A stretch of DNA of 63,095 bases, the filler included, from Saprolegnia diclina VS20 (lineage: Eukaryota), in assembly GCF_000281045.1 (NCBI RefSeq). It is 4 parts of 2 records of this genome, joined end to end, with 100 filler letters (N's around TTAATTAATTAA, not from the genome) between each part and the next. Parts side by side here need not be neighbours in the genome. Positions count along the whole stretch, not along the records: positions 1 to 30,406 come from NW_008246085.1; 3 more parts are not named here. The stretch is one strand, 5' to 3'. The notes below the pieces were generated by a model. It was not told the origin of the DNA and did no database searches. It worked only from the letters and a program-made list of their open reading frames with translations. A program made the position numbers and the translations under genes. Shown piece after piece: positions 1 through 12,648 of this stretch; position 1 is the stretch's first letter, and each line of letters starts with the position of its first letter.

Positions 1-1200
1 ATCGACCGCACGGCGGCCGACAATGCGACGATCAACTACAACGCCAAGGACAAGGGCGGTGTTGTCGCCATCCTCTTTGGCCTCGCGACGATCTCATACA
101 TCATTGCCGACGTCCCGGCAGACGCTTTGGTCGTCGAGTACGCCCAACGCGAGCCCATCGCGACGCGAGGCCGCATGCAGTCGCTGGTTTACACCACACG
201 CACGGTCTGCACGACGATCTCGACGGCGATCGCTGGCTTTTGCATGAACTCGCCCCGTTTCGCTGGCTCGTATTCTTGGGACTTTGGCGTGCACACTATG
301 TACATCATTCTTTGCATTCCCTGCGTCGTCATGATTCCGGTCACGGTCCTCTTCATCAAGGACCACAAGCACCAAGCCGCCCCGTTCTCCGAGTACCTCG
401 CGCAGGTGTGGCAGCTCGTCCAGAAGCGCGCCATGTGGCAGATCATGCTCTTCAACTTCTTCTACAATCTTCTCGGTGGTGGTTTCTCGTCGACGGCGGC
501 ACCGTACGTCCAGCTGCACTGGGCCAAGGTCCAGAACCTCAACAGCCAGATCATGACGATCGTCTCCAACCTCATCTTTGCTTGCATTGTTGCGTCCATC
601 GGTCGCTGGGGCACCAACTGGAACTGGCGCATCGTCATCGTCTCGACTACCTTGTCGACGGCCTGCATCGATGCCATCGTGCAGTACTGCACCATCTTTG
701 ACGTGCTTCGGAGCCAGTGGTTCTACCTCGGAGTGCCGTTGGCCGAGCAGCTGCCCCAAGGCGTCCTCTTCATCGTCACGACGTTCATGATTGTCGAGCT
801 CGCCGGTATTGGTAACGAAGGCATGATCTATGGCCTCCTCACAACGGTCACCAACCTCCCGGCGGCCGTCGGCCCGGTTCTCTCCAACTTGATTTACCGC
901 AACTTTGACGTCGACGAGGACGCGATCATCTCGGACACCAAGCACGTGCGCAACCAGGTCGCGTACACGTACGTCATCTACTACTCGTGCTTTGTGCTGG
1001 CGTGCGCTACGTCCATCTTCCTCCCAAAGCAAAAGGCCCAGCTCCACGAACTCCAGCGCAACGGCGGCCGGTTTCCCATCATTGGCGGCGGCGTCCTCGT
1101 CTTCTGCTTAAGCATGCTCGTCTACTCGATCACGTGCAGCATCCTCTCCATGTTCGAGTCGACGTCGTGCCTCATGATCGCCGGTGGCAACGGTTGCTAG
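1..1200 (+). CDS. Folate-biopterin transporter (FBT/BT1, MFS-like), 5'-truncated by window edge
   Basis: Frame 1 is open from base 1 (…IADVPADALVVEYAQREP…RGRMQS). Many hydrophobic TM segments and 'IVELAGIGNEGMIYGLLTTVTNL', typical of FBT-family proteins. Stop at 1198-1200. Confidence 0.8.
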   Translation: MDRTAADNATINYNAKDKGGVVAILFGLATISYIIADVPADALVVEYAQREPIATRGRMQSLVYTTRTVCTTISTAIAGFCMNSPRFAGSYSWDFGVHTMYIILCIPCVVMIPVTVLFIKDHKHQAAPFSEYLAQVWQLVQKRAMWQIMLFNFFYNLLGGGFSSTAAPYVQLHWAKVQNLNSQIMTIVSNLIFACIVASIGRWGTNWNWRIVIVSTTLSTACIDAIVQYCTIFDVLRSQWFYLGVPLAEQLPQGVLFIVTTFMIVELAGIGNEGMIYGLLTTVTNLPAAVGPVLSNLIYRNFDVDEDAIISDTKHVRNQVAYTYVIYYSCFVLACATSIFLPKQKAQLHELQRNGGRFPIIGGGVLVFCLSMLVYSITCSILSMFESTSCLMIAGGNGC

Positions 1201-1325
1201 TAGCTCCTTGAAGTAGCAATAGAATTGTCTTGATTTTTGTTCGTTTCAGGAGCCATGTTTGAAGTTTAGCCTTGAGAGTTGGAGGGCAGATAGCCGACTT
1301 TGGACGCTCCATATGATCAGCGATT

Positions 1326-3526
1326 TTAGCCCAAGAGAATCGCAGCAACGCTCAGGCAGAGCACGGCAGCGCTCAGGGCCGCGATTCGGAACGCGTACGT
1401 CGGCTTGCGCTCCGTGGGCGAGGGCGGCCGGTCAAAGTGCAACGGGATAAAGTGCTCCTTCCGGAAGCCCAGCGTGTTGCGCAAGTGCTCGTTTTCCATC
1501 GCGAGGCAGCTCCACATGGTGCGGCGCATCGGCTCCATGAAGAGCGTAATCGGCTGCACATCCAGGAGAAGCGTGCCGAAGAACCCGACGTCGGGCGGGA
1601 TCAGCGCCAGCGTCCACGAGAAGCTAAGGACGAGGTTCACGACAATGGCCACTAGACGTAGAGTGTCGATAGCCTCTAGTTCTATGAGGCAATCGAGCGA
1701 TACCGTAGTAGACCCACCGGCGTGAGTACATGTGTCCGTCACCCAGGAATTGGTATTTCGGCCGAAGAAGACCCCAGTCCATGACCACTTCCCACAACCA
1801 GTTGTACACAGAGCTGCAAACAAATAGACAGACCCACACCACCTACGCATACCTCAAATAGTACTCTCGAGTGCACGTCCAAGCTCAAACCTGCAGCGAG
1901 TTGCTCGGCGCTAGCGGCGAGTAGTACGAGTGGAAGAGTCCAAACAAGATCACGAGCTGCGCCAGCGCATACTTGAGCGCGTTCGGGAGACCCGGAAACC
2001 ACGANNNNNNNNNNNNNNNNNNNNNNNNNNNNNNNNNNNNNNNNNNNNNNNNNNNNNNNNNNNNNNNNNNNNNNNNNNNNNNNNNNNNNNNNNNNNNNNN
2101 NNNNNNNNNNNNNNNNNNNNNNNNNNNNNNNNNNNNNNNNNNNNNNNNNNNNNNNNNNNNNNNNNNNNNNNNNNNNNNNNNNNNNNNNNNNNNNNNNNNN
2201 NNNNNNNNNNNNNNNNNNNNNNNNNNNNNNNNNNNNNNNNNNNNNNNNNNNNNNNNNNNNNNNNNNNNNNNNNNNNNNNNNNNNNNNNNNNNNNNNNNNN
2301 NNNNNNNNNNNNNNNNNNNNNNNNNNNNNNNNNNNNNNNNNNNNNNNNNNNNNNNNNNNNNNNNNNNNNNNNNNNNNNNAGTCGCTTCTGGCGCGACCAC
2401 GCCTTGATGCAGTAGCGGTACACAATGTAGACGACGAGAATGAGCGGGTAGTAGCCGCGCGGAAGAAGCGAGTCGGAGAGCTCGCCCGAGACAATCTGAA
2501 CGTACAAGAGAAAGTTGGCGTAGAAGACCATCGTGAGGTCGCTGGCGTCGTTGAAGACGTGGGTGTAGTCGGCGGTCGTGCGTGGGTCGAGCTCGCAGAT
2601 GAACCTACTCGTCTGAGTTTTACCCCATCAAACCGAAATGTTACATGTAGTTGATGCGCGCCGAGCGCCACGCGAACTGCGTGAGGCCCCAGAGCCAGTG
2701 GAAGAAGAGAAGAAGCGCGACGCCGCGGTAGACAGGATACGCCTTGGTCTGCGTCCTAGAAGACAAAGCATGAATCTTGGTATCGTCTTGAAGCATACAG
2801 CTTGACGTGGTAGCCTGGCGAGGCCAGTAGTGCGTGGTCCCAGAGCAGCCAGAGCGTCAGCACCAAGCAGACGCCCATCTTCAAGCCAATGTACACGTGT
2901 CGCCAGTCGAGCGCATCGTCTTTCCAGCCGTCGAGCTCCGAGAGCGCGAGGACGCGGTCGTTGTCGTGGAAAGACGCCATGTAATAGGCTTCGAGGTCGG
3001 CTGTCAATCGCTGCGCGGCCTCGGCGCTCGCAAACGCTTGGGAATGGAGCTCGGCTTGGAGCGTGTCGTGGTTGGCGCTGGCTGTGGGGCATTTCTTCAG
3101 GTATTTTTTTAGGATTTTGCGCAGCGCCGTGTAATTGAGCAGTGCGTAGTCGCGCAAGGTCCGCACGAGGTGGTGAAGCTCGATGAACGACGTCTTGAGG
3201 AGCTCTGTCTCGACATGATCTTGCACGCCGTGGCTTTGCAGCGTCTCGAACTGGCGCGTGAGAAGCGCAAACTGCGCTAAGAACTCGTCGAGGCGCTCGT
3301 TGTACCAATCTTCCACGCGGATGCAGTTGGCATCAAATGCTCTGGCAAAGTCGCTGGCCTCGGGCGGGAGACACGGCTCCGCCTCGTCGCCTGTTCCGTG
3401 CCGCCGAAGGAAGGCATCGCGCCGCTGAAGCTTCTTGACCAGCGCCTTGAGCGGCAGGTAGCTTACATAGTGCTCTAGCCAGGGTGAGTACGTGTTGCAC
3501 TCGAGCTTGGCGTGGAACGTCAGCAT
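1326..3526 (-). CDS. SPX-EXS domain phosphate exporter (XPR1/SYG1/PHO1-like), multi-exon, spans an N gap
   Basis: N-terminal SPX (MLTFHAKL…HYVSYLPLK…LLNYTALRKILKK). EXS C-terminus (WEVVMDWGL…MEPMRRTMWSCLAMENEHLRN). Short GT-AG introns join the ORF pieces. Confidence 0.88.
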
Positions 3527-3626
3527 CGCGCGCCTCCACAAGATCCGTGTCACGCCGTGGCAATATTTCCGTATTTTCGCCCATATACGGTAAAAACAAA
3601 AAATACACGGTACACCAAAGATATAT

Positions 3627-6297
3627 TTACGGTGCAGCCTTGGCCTTCTTATGCGGAGGTGCGTAGTAGTAGACGGAGGTCTCGACGCCGCAGCGGACCA
3701 AGTGCTTCTTGAGGAGGCGCTCGACGGCGTACCAGTTGAAGCCCGGCGTGCCGGCGCCGAGCCGCGGCATGTGCACGGACGCGCCAGTCGCCCGCGCGAA
3801 GCTAGCAAGGGCCTTGAGCGACTCCTGCAGCGCGTTGAGGCGGAAGGCGAGCGTCTTGGCCGTGCGCAGCTTGAGCTTGGACTTGGTCGACGACTGCGCA
3901 ACGAGGAGGCAGACGTACACGTTGTCACCGATAGGAACGCAGTGCGCCTGGCCGAGCTTGAGGTCCTGGCATTTTTTGGCAGCGGCGTACACGGTCTCGG
4001 GCGCACTGGACCGGCTCGAGAGCGCGCCAAAGAAGCCGCGCGGCGTCCAGGCGCCACTCGTGTCGACGCAGTGGACGATCACAAGAGGCTGGTCGCCCGT
4101 CGGCTGGACCGTCGCCGCGTTGCCCGTCCTGTACGCCAGCTCCATCTCACTCGATTCGTCATCCGCGTTGTCGTCGCAAGGGTCGAGCGCGTGCGAAGTG
4201 TATTGGTTCTTGGCCCACATAGCAAGCTTCTTGGCGAGCGCAGCTTGCTTGCGAGCCGCCCGCTCCTCCTCCGTTACTTCCATATCGATGTCGACGCTGC
4301 CCTCGTCGTCTTCGTACTGGACCTTGAGTTTGGCTCCTTTCCGCGACGCCTTGGCGGGTACTGTGGCCTTGAGAGTCTTGAGGCACGCTGCATCTTGGCC
4401 CGAGTAGTCGGTGCCTTCGAAGCAGTACATGTTGTCGACGGCGACATCGGCCAGGATGGCAGGAGCGGCAGCCTCCGGAGGCGCCGTGCGATCAAGCAGC
4501 GCCGCAATCTCGTCGGCGGAGAGCGGGGCGAGCGCCTCGTCCGAGCTCTCCAAAAGGTGGTGCAGACCGTAGGCGAGGACGGCGTCGTTTTGAAGTCCAT
4601 CGAGGACTGCAGGGTTGGTATCGTCGTCTTGAAGGTGGAGCTTGGAGGCTTCGCGCACCTAGAGCAAGGTGACATTGTGCTTAGGGGGGCATGACGAGCA
4701 CACCTTTTGAGAGAGCTCGAGCTTGGCGAGGGACCGTTTGTAGATGAGCTCTTCCACCGAGTGCTGGCAGATCAAGTGCAACACGTGAATCGGTTTGGTT
4801 TGTCCCATGCGATAGGCCCGCGCCAGCGCCTGGAGCTCCATTTGCGGATTGTAGTCGACGTCGCAAAAGATCACCTAGTGCGTGCGTGGGACGACCACCT
4901 TTTCGTAAAACGTACCGTATCGGCGCGCTGGAGGTTCAAGCCAACGCCGCCAGCACGCGTGCTCAGCAGAAACAAGAACGTGTCATCGCGTTGGCGGAAG
5001 CGGTCGATGGTTTGCCACCTGCGCAGAAGGTCAGATACTTGCTGATTTCGCGATACGATGCAGTACCGTTCTTCACCACGGACGGAGCCGTCGAGGCGCT
5101 CGTACGAGAGCTTGGCCATCGTGCAGTAGTCCTGGATGATGTCCAGGAACGCCGTCGAGGTCGAGAAGAGCAGCACGACGTGGCCTTCCGCGTGGAGTGC
5201 TGGCAGAAGGGCGTGGAGCACATGAAGCTTCCCGCTGTTCTCGTATAAATGCGGGCCCTCGGAGAAGGGTTCGGGCTCGGCATTTGGGAACAAGTACGGG
5301 TGGTTGCACGCCTTGCGGAGCTGCGCAAGGATGTTCATGAGCGAGACGCCGGGGCCGTCGCCTGAGCCTTTCGAGACGATCTCCTTGTAGTACGCGCGCT
5401 GCATTGGCGCCATGCGCGTGTGGACGACCACCTTGGAGAGCGGCGGCAGCTGCAGCGTCGACTTGACGTCGGCCACCGTGCGCAGAAGCATGAGCGGCGC
5501 CAAAAGGGCCCGCAGCGTTGCCGGCGCAAAGTCGGCCGTGACAAAGCGCTCAACTACGTCCCCAGTAAAGACACTCGGGTTCAAAAATGCAAGAAGCGCC
5601 GCGAGTTCGCGCATGTTGTTCTGCACGGGCGTGCCTGTCAAGAGGAGCTTCCGGTCAAACCTATCGTGCGGGCGTGAGGACGCAGCAAGTTTGGTTGTAC
5701 GAACGAGATCTCGGAGCAAAGGGCTTGGTACAGCTTGCCTTTCGGGTTCTTGAGCCGATGGCCTTCGTCAAAGACGCCAAGAACCCACGGCAGCGTCTTG
5801 AAGTACCCCGTGTCGAGGAGCACGAGCTCGTACGACGTGAGCACGACATGCGGGCTTGTGGTTGCAATCTATTCAAAGCACTGAATACACACGCTCGATG
5901 CATGTGATACCTTGGCTTGCACAGACGCGCGCTCGTCCTTGCTGCCGGCGTACGTCACGACGCGCAGGTGCGGCGCGAAGCGGCCGATCTGCTCGGCCCA
6001 GTTGGGCAGCACGCTCAGCGGCGCGACCACCAGGCACGGCGCTGCCAGCGCCTTGGTCGAGACAAGGTAGCACAGGAACGCGATCGTCTGCAGCGTCTTG
6101 CCGAGGCCCATCTCATCGCCGACGATCACGTTGAGATTGGCGGCGTCGCGTTGCAGGAGCCAGCGTAGGCCTTCGATCTGATATCCGTGCAAGAGCACGT
6201 CCTGCAGCTGGTCCGTCACGAGCGCCACAACCGACTCGCTGGGCGACCCAGCCGTCTCCAGACGCGCATCCAGCTTGGCCACAATCGACGTCCACAT
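3627..6297 (-). CDS. CHD1L: SNF2-family chromatin remodeller with C-terminal macrodomain (CHD1L/ALC1-like), multi-exon
   Basis: Helicase motifs GDEMGLGKT, FDEGHRLKN, LLLTGTPVQNN, LRKACNHPYLF, RLDGS, FLLSTRAGGVGLNL, D.DYNPQ…QALARAYRMGQ. Macro domain 'IVHCVDTSGAW…GFFGAL…SVHMPRLG…NWYAVERLLKKHL'. Confidence 0.9.
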
Positions 6298-6604
6298 GCC
6301 AATTCGAATCTGGCAAAAAAACCATCGGCCGCGCCAGACTGGTGAGTGTTGGTGGTCGAATTTCAGAGTGATGGTGCTCGGCCCGAGAGGTTGTCCATCG
6401 AACTCACAACCTCCTTGGATGCTACTAGTATACACCTGCAAGCTGCAAGGACATCCCTTCTACCAGATAACAGGAGGCGAAGATCGTTCTGGTCGCGGAG
6501 GGATGAGGCGACTCGGGCCAGTACAATTTCTAGTCGACTAAAGACGCCGTCGGTTGCGACTATTTTTAGCGCGTTGGTTGCGCTGGCGGAGGAGTTGGGA
6601 ATTC

Positions 6605-8726
6605 ATGAGCCGCTTCCAGGACAAGCTCGAAGCCAACACCTACCGCGAGTGGAAGGAGCACTACATTGAGTTCGCGGCGCTCAAGCTCGCCGTCAACGGC
6701 ATGCGCGAGGACGTCGCGGGCTTCGACCTCGAGGCGCAGCTCGACAAGGTCGTCGAGCTCCAGTTCCTCGTCGGCGCCGCCGGCTCGACGCTCCAGAGCT
6801 TTGAGAAGCTCTTCATCAAGGAGTACACCAAGGTCGAGACCTTCTACGTCGCGAGCATCCGCGAGTTCAAGCTCCAGCTCGACACGCTCCTCAAGCAGTA
6901 CCACAACAACATGACCGAGGCGGCGCGCCAGGCCATGGTCGCAGCCTGCATGGAGCTCTACCGCCTCCTCAACATGCTCGTCAACTTTGCGATGCTCAAC
7001 TACACGGGCTTGACCAAGATCTTGAAATCGCACGAGAAAAAGGTCAAGTCGCAAGAGTCGATCCGGTACGTCTTTGCCGAGAAGATTGAGACGTGCGCCT
7101 TTGCGCAGGCCGCCGAGGCGCGGGCCGAGGCCGCGCGCCTCGAAGACTGGTTCACGCGCACGTTCCACAGCGGCAATCGGCCGGTCGCGATCTCGGAGCT
7201 CATGTCGCGCCGCGTCGAGATTGTCGACTGGGCCCAGGCGTACATGGGCGTCAAGTTTGGCTGCCTCCTCATGCTCGGGCTCTGGGTGATTTGGGACGCC
7301 GGTATCATTCCCAACATCTCGACCAATGACAACCATCTGCGGCTGCTCCTGACGAAAGGCTTCCCGCTCTTCCGGGGCATGGGATGCGTCATCCTCTTCA
7401 ACTGGCTCATGGGCGTCTCGCTCTACGTGTGGCGCTCGGCGCGCATCAACTACAAGTACATCATGGACCTCGACCCACACAAGACCAAGGACTACGACCA
7501 GGTGTTCCACGACGCGGCCCACGTGAGCATCGTGTACCTTGTGTGCATGCTTGTCTACTACAAGGTCTGCAACGACGAGTTCCCAGAGTCCAAAGTCGTC
7601 CACCGCGGCTACGTGCTCCTCGTGCTCTTCCTCTACATGATCTACTTTTACCTCATCCGCGACTGGAAGCTCAAGATCGGCCTCGTCAAGGTCGTCGCCG
7701 AGATCTTTGGGGCGCCGTGGTTCCCTGTCACGTTCCTCCACACGTTCATTGGCAACTACATGCTCAGCATGCAGCGCATGAACCAGGACATTGCGTGGTC
7801 CGTCTGCTTCTTCGCCACGGGCGAGTTCCTCGAGACCGACGACCTCCAAATGCTGCATGCCGGTGGCACCGACATGAAGGGCTATCTGCACAACCACACG
7901 ATGCAAGGCATCGTTCCGTCCAAGTGCTACAAGAACTTTTACTACGCCAAGGTGGCGGTGCCACTTCTCTGCGCGCTCCCGCTGGTACGAGTCTCAACCT
8001 GTCGCGTCGCATTGAGCGGTGGATTTTGTCTAGTGGTATCGGTTCCTGCAGAGCCTCCGGCGCATCTACGACATGAAGCAGTGGTGGCCGGGCGTCGGCA
8101 ACGTCATCAAGTTTGGCCTTGCGATGATCGTCGTGCTCTTCGGGCTCTTCCACCCGTTCCATAACCCGGTCCGGCCCATCGAGTCGATCAGCCCGCTCCA
8201 GCAGGTCTGGATCGCAGGCTTCATCATCGCGTCCTTCCTGCTCTGGTTCTGGGACGTGACCATGGACTGGGGGCTCATGCGACCCGAGCACAAGTTTCTC
8301 GCCGAGCGCCACATGTACCCGCGCCGCACCGTGTACTACATTGCGATCATCGCCGACTTTTTCCTCTGCTACGCCTGGGTGCTGACGCTGATCCCGCCCT
8401 CGGCCGAGCAAGCGCTCAACCACAGCTTCTTCGTGTACATCCACCCGTTCTCGATGGTGCTCGAGCCCATCCGGCGCACGATCTGGAGCTTCTTCACGGT
8501 TGAGAACGAGCATCTCCGCAACACGATGGGCTTCCGGAAGGAGCAGTTCGTCCCGCTCTTCTTCGAGCGCGGCGTGGGCGCGCCGCCGCCCGAAGACACG
8601 TCCGAGACGGCGCAGCGCCTCAAGCGGCGCACGAAGCTCCTCATCTCGGGCGTCATCGCGTTCGTCATCTTCCTCGCGCTCGCCGCCATGACCATCGTCG
8701 AGGAGACGACGATCCCGACCAATTGA
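6605..8726 (+). CDS. Second SPX-EXS domain protein (XPR1/SYG1/PHO1-like); intron ~7985-8033
   Basis: SPX N-terminus (MSRFQDKL…EWKEHYI…NYTGLTKILK). EXS motifs WRSARINY, LPLWYRFLQSLRR, WDVTMDWGL, RRTIWSFFTVENEHL. Confidence 0.9.
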
Positions 8727-8818
8727 TACATTTAAAAAACTATCAATCGCAACCACGGTGTTCGTATCCGGACGCCGGAAAACACGCCGGATTTTGATTG
8801 GAGCGCAAAGACAAAAAG

Positions 8819-10706
8819 ATGCTTCGGTTCGCTTGCCTTCCGCGGGCTGTGCGCCCGATGTCGTGGGCGACGCCGCTGCAGTCGATGGCGACCTTCGCCA
8901 AGGAGCCCAAGTGGAAGAAGGACCGCGAGGACAAGTACAAGCGGGCCAAGACGAATGACGACGGCCCGCGCAAGAAGACGTTCAAGCACAAGTCGCCGAC
9001 CAAGGCGGCGGCCAAGCCGATGGCCAAGCCCGACGCCAAGTTCGAGAAGCCCAAGCCCACGCCGCCGCAGTCGCTCTCGGAGCACCAGGCCGAGCTCGAG
9101 CAGGCGTGGGCCGAGATGCGCAAACGCCGCTCGACGCCAGCGTCCGAGCCCGCGGCTCCTGGTCCGTGCTGCGACGTCCAGGACCTTTTTGGGCTCACCA
9201 TGCATTCCTAGTCTTTGACAAGCCATTTGATGCGAAGAAGGGCTCCGTGAAGGACAAGATCAAGGCCAAGCGCCAAAAGAACAAGGAAGAGCGCGTCTTC
9301 ACCAACCTCGAAGCGCCGACCTCGGTATATCGTCCGTGCCACACGTTGGATGTATTCAGCGCCTCTGGTAGGACGTTGTCGATGCGTCGTTCCACTACCA
9401 AGAGCCGGACGCCCCCGAGACGGGCTCGCGCGCTTTGTCGGTCGCCGTCATCGGCCGCCCGAACGCGGGCAAGAGCTCGCTCATGAACTCGCTCCTCGGC
9501 TTCAACGTACGCCGCCCTCTCTGCTGCTGCGTGTCTGAGCCCGCGTAGGTCTCGGCGGTCTCGGCCAAGTACAACACAACGCGCGACCGCGTCCTCGGCA
9601 TCCTCACGCAGGACGACGTGCAAATCACGTTCTTCGACACGCCGGGCCTCGTGAACCAAAAGTACCTTCGCTCCGACACCGCTTAGTTCTGATTTCTGGT
9701 AGGGACAACCACAAGTACGTGCGGTCATTGGCCGTCACGGCGTCCGAGACCATGTCGTCGGTCGATCTCTCGCTCCTCGTTGTCGACGCGGTCAAGCGCC
9801 TCGACGACGAAGCGCTCGAAGCCCTCAAGAGTATGTATCCGCCGCCTCGTCCCTTGTGCTCATCATGCGCTAGACATTGCGATCTCGTCGGCGCAAGTGT
9901 CGGCGCCGATCGCGCTCGTCCTCAACAAGGTACTTTGTCGCTGCCCCGAAACAGAAAACTCGAGTGTCGCAGATGGATTTGGTCGGACCGGCCGAGAAGG
10001 CGCACGTCACCAAGCGTGTCCAGGTGCTCAGCGAGATGATTGACGCAGCGTTCGAAGAGCACTACAAGCCGGAGCCGGATTTCTCCGAGTTTGATGACGA
10101 CGAAGATGGCGAAGACGACGACCCGGACTTTGACGCCGAGTCGTTCTTCGCGAGCGAAGAAGACTTGGAAGAGTACGAGAGCGAGGACTTTGACGAAGAC
10201 GATCTGCTGCCGAGCGTCACGCCGCTGACACTCGACCCGAAGACGTACCTCTTTGACAAGACGTTCAAGGTTTCGGCGCTCAAAGAGTCGGGCGTCAAGA
10301 AGCTGCGCTCGGAACTGCTCTCGCTGGCCGTGGACCGGCCGTGGCTGTACCACTCGAGCATCAAGTCGGACCGCTCCGACTTGGACTTGGTCACCGAGAT
10401 CATTCGCGAAAAGATCTACCGCCGCTTCAACCAAGAGCTGCCGTACCAGGTACCAACGTAGTGCAACAACTCCATCTCAAAACGCCGCGGTAGATTGAGC
10501 AGGAGAACCGCGGCTGGACGCCGTTCAGCGACAAGAGCATTCGCATCGACCAGGATCTGATCGTGCCGTCGGACCGCCACAAGCGCATTCTCATCGGCAA
10601 GCAAGGCGACACGCTCCGGTCGATCGGCACGTCGGCGCGCCTCGACATCCAGAAGCTCCTCGGCTGCCCCGTGCATTTGTACCTCAACGTCCGCTCCAAG
10701 CAGTAA
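8819..10706 (+). CDS. era: Era-like GTPase (ERAL1-like, probably mitochondrial), multi-exon
   Basis: G1 VIGRPNAGKSSLMN, G2 NTTR, G3 DTPG, G4 NKMD (spliced), VSALK. KH-like end 'EIIREKIY…ELPY…ILIGKQGDTLRSIG…VHLYLNV'. Arg-rich N-terminus resembles a targeting peptide. Confidence 0.88.
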
Positions 10707-10713
10707 ACATACA

Positions 10714-12487
10714 TTAGTAGCCCATGCGCTTCTTCTTTTCGATGGCTTCGAACGCGAGCTGCCACATGGTCTTGATCGTCTCGTAGTTCTCGCTCGCAAA
10801 CTTGGCCGCGATGAAGCGCAGCGACGGCACCGTGAGCGAAAAGTAGTGCAAGTTGCCGTAGCCCTTGTAGATCTTGCTCTTGATCGGCGACAGCTTGTGG
10901 TCGCGGCAGAGCCGGAACGACTGGATCGGCGTCGAGACGTGCCGCTTCTCGTACAGCGCAATGACGCACTAAGCAGACACCTTAGCACTACGAAATCCCG
11001 ACTCGAAGCAACCTCGTGGTACGCAGCGCGCGAGACGAAGAGCTGGAGGACGTCCATCTTGGCCCCACCAAATGCAAAGTACTTGCTGTCCCACTTGGCG
11101 TTGCCGGACGTGAGGTTGCCGACGCTAAAGGTGCCGTCTACCGCAACCATGAGCCCACGCATCGACTAGAAAGTGTACTGGAGATGCGCGTGAGGACGGC
11201 GCCCTGCGTCACCTCTTTGGTCTCGCTGCGGTCTTTGAGGCGGATCGTCATTGGCCGCGGCGCCGTCTTGATCAGGTCCAGCACCGTGTTGTAGCTCTCG
11301 TACATCAAGTCGCGGTCGTTGATGCCTCGGATGATGCTGCCAACCTTGACGCCGATGCGGTCTGCGGCGCCGCCTTCGACAACGAGCCTGCAGACGGGTC
11401 AGCATGTTCCAGCACATTTGACGGCGTACTTGACAACTGCGAGCTCGCGCTTCTGGCGGGTATCCTTCGAGTACGTGTCCACGCGTTCCATGAGCACGCC
11501 GAGCTTGGAGCCAAACTCAAAGATGACCTCGTACTCATCCGGCTCCATTTGCGCAGGCAGGTCTTGCGGCAGCGGCCTGTGCCACGTCAGATGACACACT
11601 TACAACAAGGTGCGGTACCGTGCGCTTCGCTCGTTCATGGACGACGAGCTCGACCGGCGCGAGAGGCTCCGTGGGTTGAACGCGTCGTCGTCAACGTTGG
11701 AGAAACCGTTCTGCGCGAGGATCTCGGACGTCTGGGCCATCGTAAAGCCGTTGTCGTCCGCGGCCCGCTGCGCGTCCATGCTCATTTTCTCGACGTCCAG
11801 AATGTCTTTGACCGAGTGGCGACGTGTCACGGGCGTGAACGCGTTCGGGTCGAGCGCCTTGCGCGCCGCCTCTTGCGTCACCCGTGGCGAGGCGGTTCGC
11901 TCGGCAAGGGCTGCGGACGGCGACGTAGCAAAGTCGAAGGGCAGACGCGGCGTCGAGTCCTTGGGGCTAAACGGATCAAAGTCCACGATCGTCGGGTCGT
12001 TCGTCTTGAGCGACAGCGGCGGCGCCGACGGATTCACCGACAACGGACGCGGCGGCGGCTGCGCCCCAAACGGGTTGTTTGCAAATGGGTTGGCCTGCGC
12101 CGGGTACGCTGGCGGCGCGAACTGTTGTTGCTGGTACATGCCGGGCTGCGTGTTGTACGTGGCGGGCTGCGGCATGTTGTAGTTTTGCGGTGGCGCATTG
12201 TAGTTCTGCGGCGGCGGGTTGTAGCTCTGCGGTGGCGCATTATATGCAGGCTGCGGAAAGACGTTCGATGGCCCGGCGTCCATGAAGGGGTTGGTCGAGT
12301 GCGCCTGGGCCGTCATAAAGGGCTGCGTCCGCGCCGGTCCGCTGGTCTGGATCGCCGAGGGTCCGCCCATGGCGCCGGTCTGGAATTGGCCCATCGGCTG
12401 CTGCTGCTTCATGCCACCGTGGTGGGGCGCCGTGCCGTAGCTGTACTGCGGCGCGCCCGTGTCGAGGGTCGCGAATGGGTCCGACAT
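10714..12487 (-). CDS. Hypothetical protein: Pro/Gln-rich N-terminus with NPF/DPF motifs, PDZ domain, possible PH-like C-terminus; multi-exon
   Basis: PDZ signature 'YEVIFEFGSKLGVLMER…VVEGGAADRIGVKVGSIIRGIND…YNTVLDLIKTAPRPMTIRL'. Ends EAIEKKKRMGY*. Confidence 0.65.
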
Positions 12488-12648
12488 GTTTGCCTCGGCC
12501 TTGGGTTTCACAACTGCCCGCAAGTCGCCCTCCACATTCTCGTATCCGGAGGCTATTTTTAGACGCTCTGAAAATAGCTTATCTTCGAACTTCGAGATTA
12601 TCGAAGTTTGAATTTAAAAGCCACCAATCACAGTGCACAGCTGGCCCC

